Shown in pieces: positions 5,423 through 8,040 of a stretch of 8,040 nucleotides of DNA. Source of the DNA: Candidatus Wukongarchaeum yapensis (lineage in GTDB: Archaea; Asgardarchaeota; Wukongarchaeia; Wukongarchaeales; Wukongarchaeaceae). The DNA lies in assembly GCA_016840425.1 (NCBI GenBank), contig JAEOSI010000091.1, forward strand, positions 1 to 8,040, read 5' to 3'. The notes below the pieces were generated by a model. The model worked only from the letters and a program-made list of their open reading frames with translations, had not been told where the DNA came from and did no database searches. The translations under genes and the position numbers were made by a program. Within the stretch, counting starts at the first letter, position 1, and the number at the start of each line of letters is the position of its first letter.

Positions 5423-6138
5423 ACACAGAAATAAAAATAGGCGTAGTCAGGTTTCCTGGCAGTAATTGTGATCTTGACACGGTCTATGTTCTTCGTGATG
5501 TTCTAGGGGTGAGTGCGGATCTTGTATGGCATAAGGATAAACTTGAAGGATTTGGTGGAATCGTTCTTCCCGGCGGCTTTGCTTATGGGGATGCTTTGCG
5601 GGCAGGAATAATTGCCGCTTATAGTCCCGTAATCCAAGAGGTAAAAACGTTAGCCCGAGAGGGAGTGCCCGTAGCGGGGATTTGTAATGGGTTTCAGGTC
5701 CTTATAGAGGCAGGACTTTTACCCGGAGCTTTACTACCTAATGATGGATTAAAGTTTATTTGTAAATGGGTTAATTTACGCGTAGAACATAGTGATACCG
5801 CTTTTACAAACGTTGAAAAAAAAGGAGGCTTATGGAAGCTTCCTATCGCCCATGGAGAAGGGAGGTATTTTGCCGATAAAACAATCTTAAAAGAACTTCA
5901 TGAAAACAACCAAATCGTTTTTCTTTACGTTAATGATGAAGGCGAACCTACGGAAGATGCAAACCCTAACGGTTCGTTGGAAAGCATAGCGGGTATATGT
6001 AATCTTGAGAGAAACGTTTTAGGCTTAATGCCTCACCCAGAAAGAGGTTCTGAAAAAACTCTCAGCCCTTATAGGACAGATCATGGAAAGAGGTTTTTCC
6101 AGTCTATGATCGAATACATAAGAAAGGGGGTGGCATGA
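5419..6138 (+). CDS. purQ: FGAM synthase glutaminase subunit PurQ
   Basis: FPGSNCD, LPGGFAYGD, GICNGFQ (catalytic Cys), IAHGEG, MPHPER (His/Glu of the triad). TTG start overlaps the purS stop (TTGA); SD GAGGAG upstream. Confidence 0.98.
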   Translation: MNTEIKIGVVRFPGSNCDLDTVYVLRDVLGVSADLVWHKDKLEGFGGIVLPGGFAYGDALRAGIIAAYSPVIQEVKTLAREGVPVAGICNGFQVLIEAGLLPGALLPNDGLKFICKWVNLRVEHSDTAFTNVEKKGGLWKLPIAHGEGRYFADKTILKELHENNQIVFLYVNDEGEPTEDANPNGSLESIAGICNLERNVLGLMPHPERGSEKTLSPYRTDHGKRFFQSMIEYIRKGVA

Positions 6139-6141
6139 AAC

Positions 6142-8040
6142 TTGACCTCTGTTTGTCTTAGACCTTCAGATATCACTTTAGAGCTGAACGATAACGAAAT
6201 AGGGAAGGTTAGGGAAATTTTGGGCAGAGAGCCTAATACTGTTGAATGGGCAATGATAGATGTAATGTGGTCGGAACACTGTTCTTATAAAAGTTCAAAG
6301 CCTATTTTGGAACTGTTGCCTTGGGAAGGTGCAAAGGTTTTAGTGGGGCCTGGGCAGGATGCGGGAGTTGTTAATATAGGGGATAATTTGGCGGTTGTTT
6401 TTAAAATTGAGAGTCATAATCATCCTAGTGCTGTAGATCCTTATAATGGGGCGGCTACGGGGATTGGAGGGATTGTTAGGGATATTCTTTGTATGGGCGC
6501 CCGTCCAATAGCATTAATCGATCCTTTAAGGTTCGGGTTACTTGATAATGGGCATACAAAATGGTTGTTAAAGTACGTGGTTAAAGGTATAGGGGATTAT
6601 GGAAACTGTATTGGAGTTCCTACTGTAGGAGGAGAGGTGGAATTTGATCCGAGTTTTGAGAAAAATTGTTTGGTTAATGTGGGATGTTTAGGGGTCACAA
6701 CTCATGATAAAATAATGCCGAGTAAGGGGGGTAATCCTGGAGATTACGTGGTTTTAATGGGTGGTTCTACGGGTAGGGATGGTATTCATGGTGTAACTTT
6801 TGCTTCGAAAGAGTTATCTGGGGATTCTGAGGAGGATGATAGGGGATCGGTTCAGATTGGTGATCCTTTTACAAAGAAGAAAATTATTGATGCGACTCTG
6901 GAAGCAATAGAGACGGGATTTGTTAAGGGGCTTAAGGATTTAGGAGGAGGAGGGTTAACCTGTGGTACTTGTGAAATGGCAGATGCAGCAGGTGTGGGTT
7001 TAGAAATAAATCTTGATGAGGTTTATCTTCGGGAGCCAGATATGGACACTTGGGAGATGGTTATTTCTGAGTCGCAGGAAAGAATGCTTTTCATAGTTGA
7101 CCCTGGGGGATTAAATGCAGTTACCGATGTTTTTGAAAAGTATGAGTTGCCTTATGCAGTGATAGGTAAGGTTACGGACACAGAAAGACTTGTCATGTAT
7201 AGAGGAGGGAATTTGGTTGTGGATTTGCCTCCAAGTATTCTCACAAAAGTTCCCACTATAGACAGAGAATCTAAAAAACCTCCCTATTTAGAAACCCCTT
7301 GGAAAATTAGAAAACCAGTCCCTCCCAAGGACATTGTCGGAGCTATATACGCCGTTCTTGCTTCTCCGAATATTGGTAGTAAGGAGTGGATTTATCAGCA
7401 GTATGATCATGAAGTGGGAGTGAGAACCGCTGTAAAGCCCGGTAAAGCAGATGCCGCCGTATTGCGAGTTCTTGGAAATAAAAAGGGCATCGCCATAGCC
7501 ACAGATTGTAACTCTCGCCATGTTTATTTAGACCCGTATAATGGGGGCGTAGAAGCCGTTGTTGAAGCCTGTCGTAATGTCACTTCGGTGGGAGCCGAAC
7601 CTGTAGGAATGGTTGATTGCTGTAACTTCGGAAACCCTGAAGATCCTGAAATTTTCTGGCAATTTAAAGAAGCGGTGAGGGGGATGGCGGATGCATGTAA
7701 GTTTTTGAAAGTTCCGTGTGTTGGGGGAAATGTGAGTTTTTACAACGAAGACACTGTTACTGGGATTGCGATAAAACCTGCTCCAGTAGTGATGGTGGCA
7801 GGTTTGATGGAGGATGTGGAAAAGGCAGTCACTATGGAATTTAAGCAACCAGGTGAAAAGATAGTGATTGGGGGCGAAACTTTGGACGAAATTGAAGGAT
7901 CTGAATACTATACTTTAATACATAAAATAGAGGGAGGCAACCCTCCAAAAGTAGATCTTTTAAAGGAAAAACGTGCAATGCGTGCAATGCTCGAAGTAAT
8001 AAATAAAGGGTATATCACCGCTTCTCATGACTGCTCGCGG
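6142..8040 (+). CDS. purL: FGAM synthase subunit PurL (small type), 3'-truncated by the window edge
   Basis: Hand translation is open for 633 codons from TTG 6142: WSEHCSYKSS, ESHNHPS, GGIVRDI, TGRDGIHG, VQIGDPF, DLGGGGL, SESQERM, YQQYDHEV, NFGNP, GGNVSFYN. SD GGGGGTGG at 6126-6133. Absent from the ORF track because it lacks a stop in the window. Confidence 0.97.
   Translation, partial: MTSVCLRPSDITLELNDNEIGKVREILGREPNTVEWAMIDVMWSEHCSYKSSKPILELLPWEGAKVLVGPGQDAGVVNIGDNLAVVFKIESHNHPSAVDPYNGAATGIGGIVRDILCMGARPIALIDPLRFGLLDNGHTKWLLKYVVKGIGDYGNCIGVPTVGGEVEFDPSFEKNCLVNVGCLGVTTHDKIMPSKGGNPGDYVVLMGGSTGRDGIHGVTFASKELSGDSEEDDRGSVQIGDPFTKKKIIDATLEAIETGFVKGLKDLGGGGLTCGTCEMADAAGVGLEINLDEVYLREPDMDTWEMVISESQERMLFIVDPGGLNAVTDVFEKYELPYAVIGKVTDTERLVMYRGGNLVVDLPPSILTKVPTIDRESKKPPYLETPWKIRKPVPPKDIVGAIYAVLASPNIGSKEWIYQQYDHEVGVRTAVKPGKADAAVLRVLGNKKGIAIATDCNSRHVYLDPYNGGVEAVVEACRNVTSVGAEPVGMVDCCNFGNPEDPEIFWQFKEAVRGMADACKFLKVPCVGGNVSFYNEDTVTGIAIKPAPVVMVAGLMEDVEKAVTMEFKQPGEKIVIGGETLDEIEGSEYYTLIHKIEGGNPPKVDLLKEKRAMRAMLEVINKGYITASHDCSR
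7972..7989 (+). repeat. Perfect 9-bp tandem duplication CGTGCAATG x2 (RAM-RAM) within purL
   Basis: Read directly from the sequence; frame-preserving. Confidence 0.75.

Noticed and set aside
6136-6138. Selenocysteine recoding of the purQ TGA
   Set aside because: PurQ is complete at this point, purL has its own SD and TTG, and no SECIS is evident.
6135-6161. ATG at 6135 as the purL start
   Set aside because: It is out of frame with the PurL motifs and stops after 8 codons. The TTG at 6142 is in frame and better spaced from the SD.
7288-7848. Minus-strand ORFs 7288-7521 and 7528-7848
   Set aside because: Antisense to the continuous purL frame that the track missed.
6142-8040. 15 cysteines in 633 aa of PurL as a metal-cluster signal
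   Set aside because: They are dispersed and mostly at positions where PurL often has Cys or small residues, with no cluster motif.

Overview
AT-rich archaeal DNA (PurP-family enzyme, GGAGG/GGTG Shine-Dalgarno sites, BRE/TATA-like promoters, oligo-T terminators) carrying a de novo purine biosynthesis cluster in two divergent arms. Minus strand, right to left: DUF1464 ASKHA-fold kinase-like gene, purM, purP-like gene, an unannotated 37-aa Cys/His plus transmembrane microprotein, and the 5' end of a CBS-domain gene. Plus strand: purC-purS-purQ-purL, with purL running off the window. The ORF track missed purL, the CBS gene and the microprotein. The most striking structure is a pair of ~166-bp inverted repeats (2927-3092 and 4253-4419, about 87% identical by hand alignment, with a perfect 70-bp core) that bracket the DUF1464 gene. 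Each copy holds the promoter and leader of one pur arm. The purM-side copy also carries the first 12 codons of purC, which creates two short upstream ORFs at the purM start. The layout is that of a potentially invertible cassette or of duplicated, co-regulated promoters. No recombinase, tRNA, rRNA, CRISPR array or IS element was recognised.
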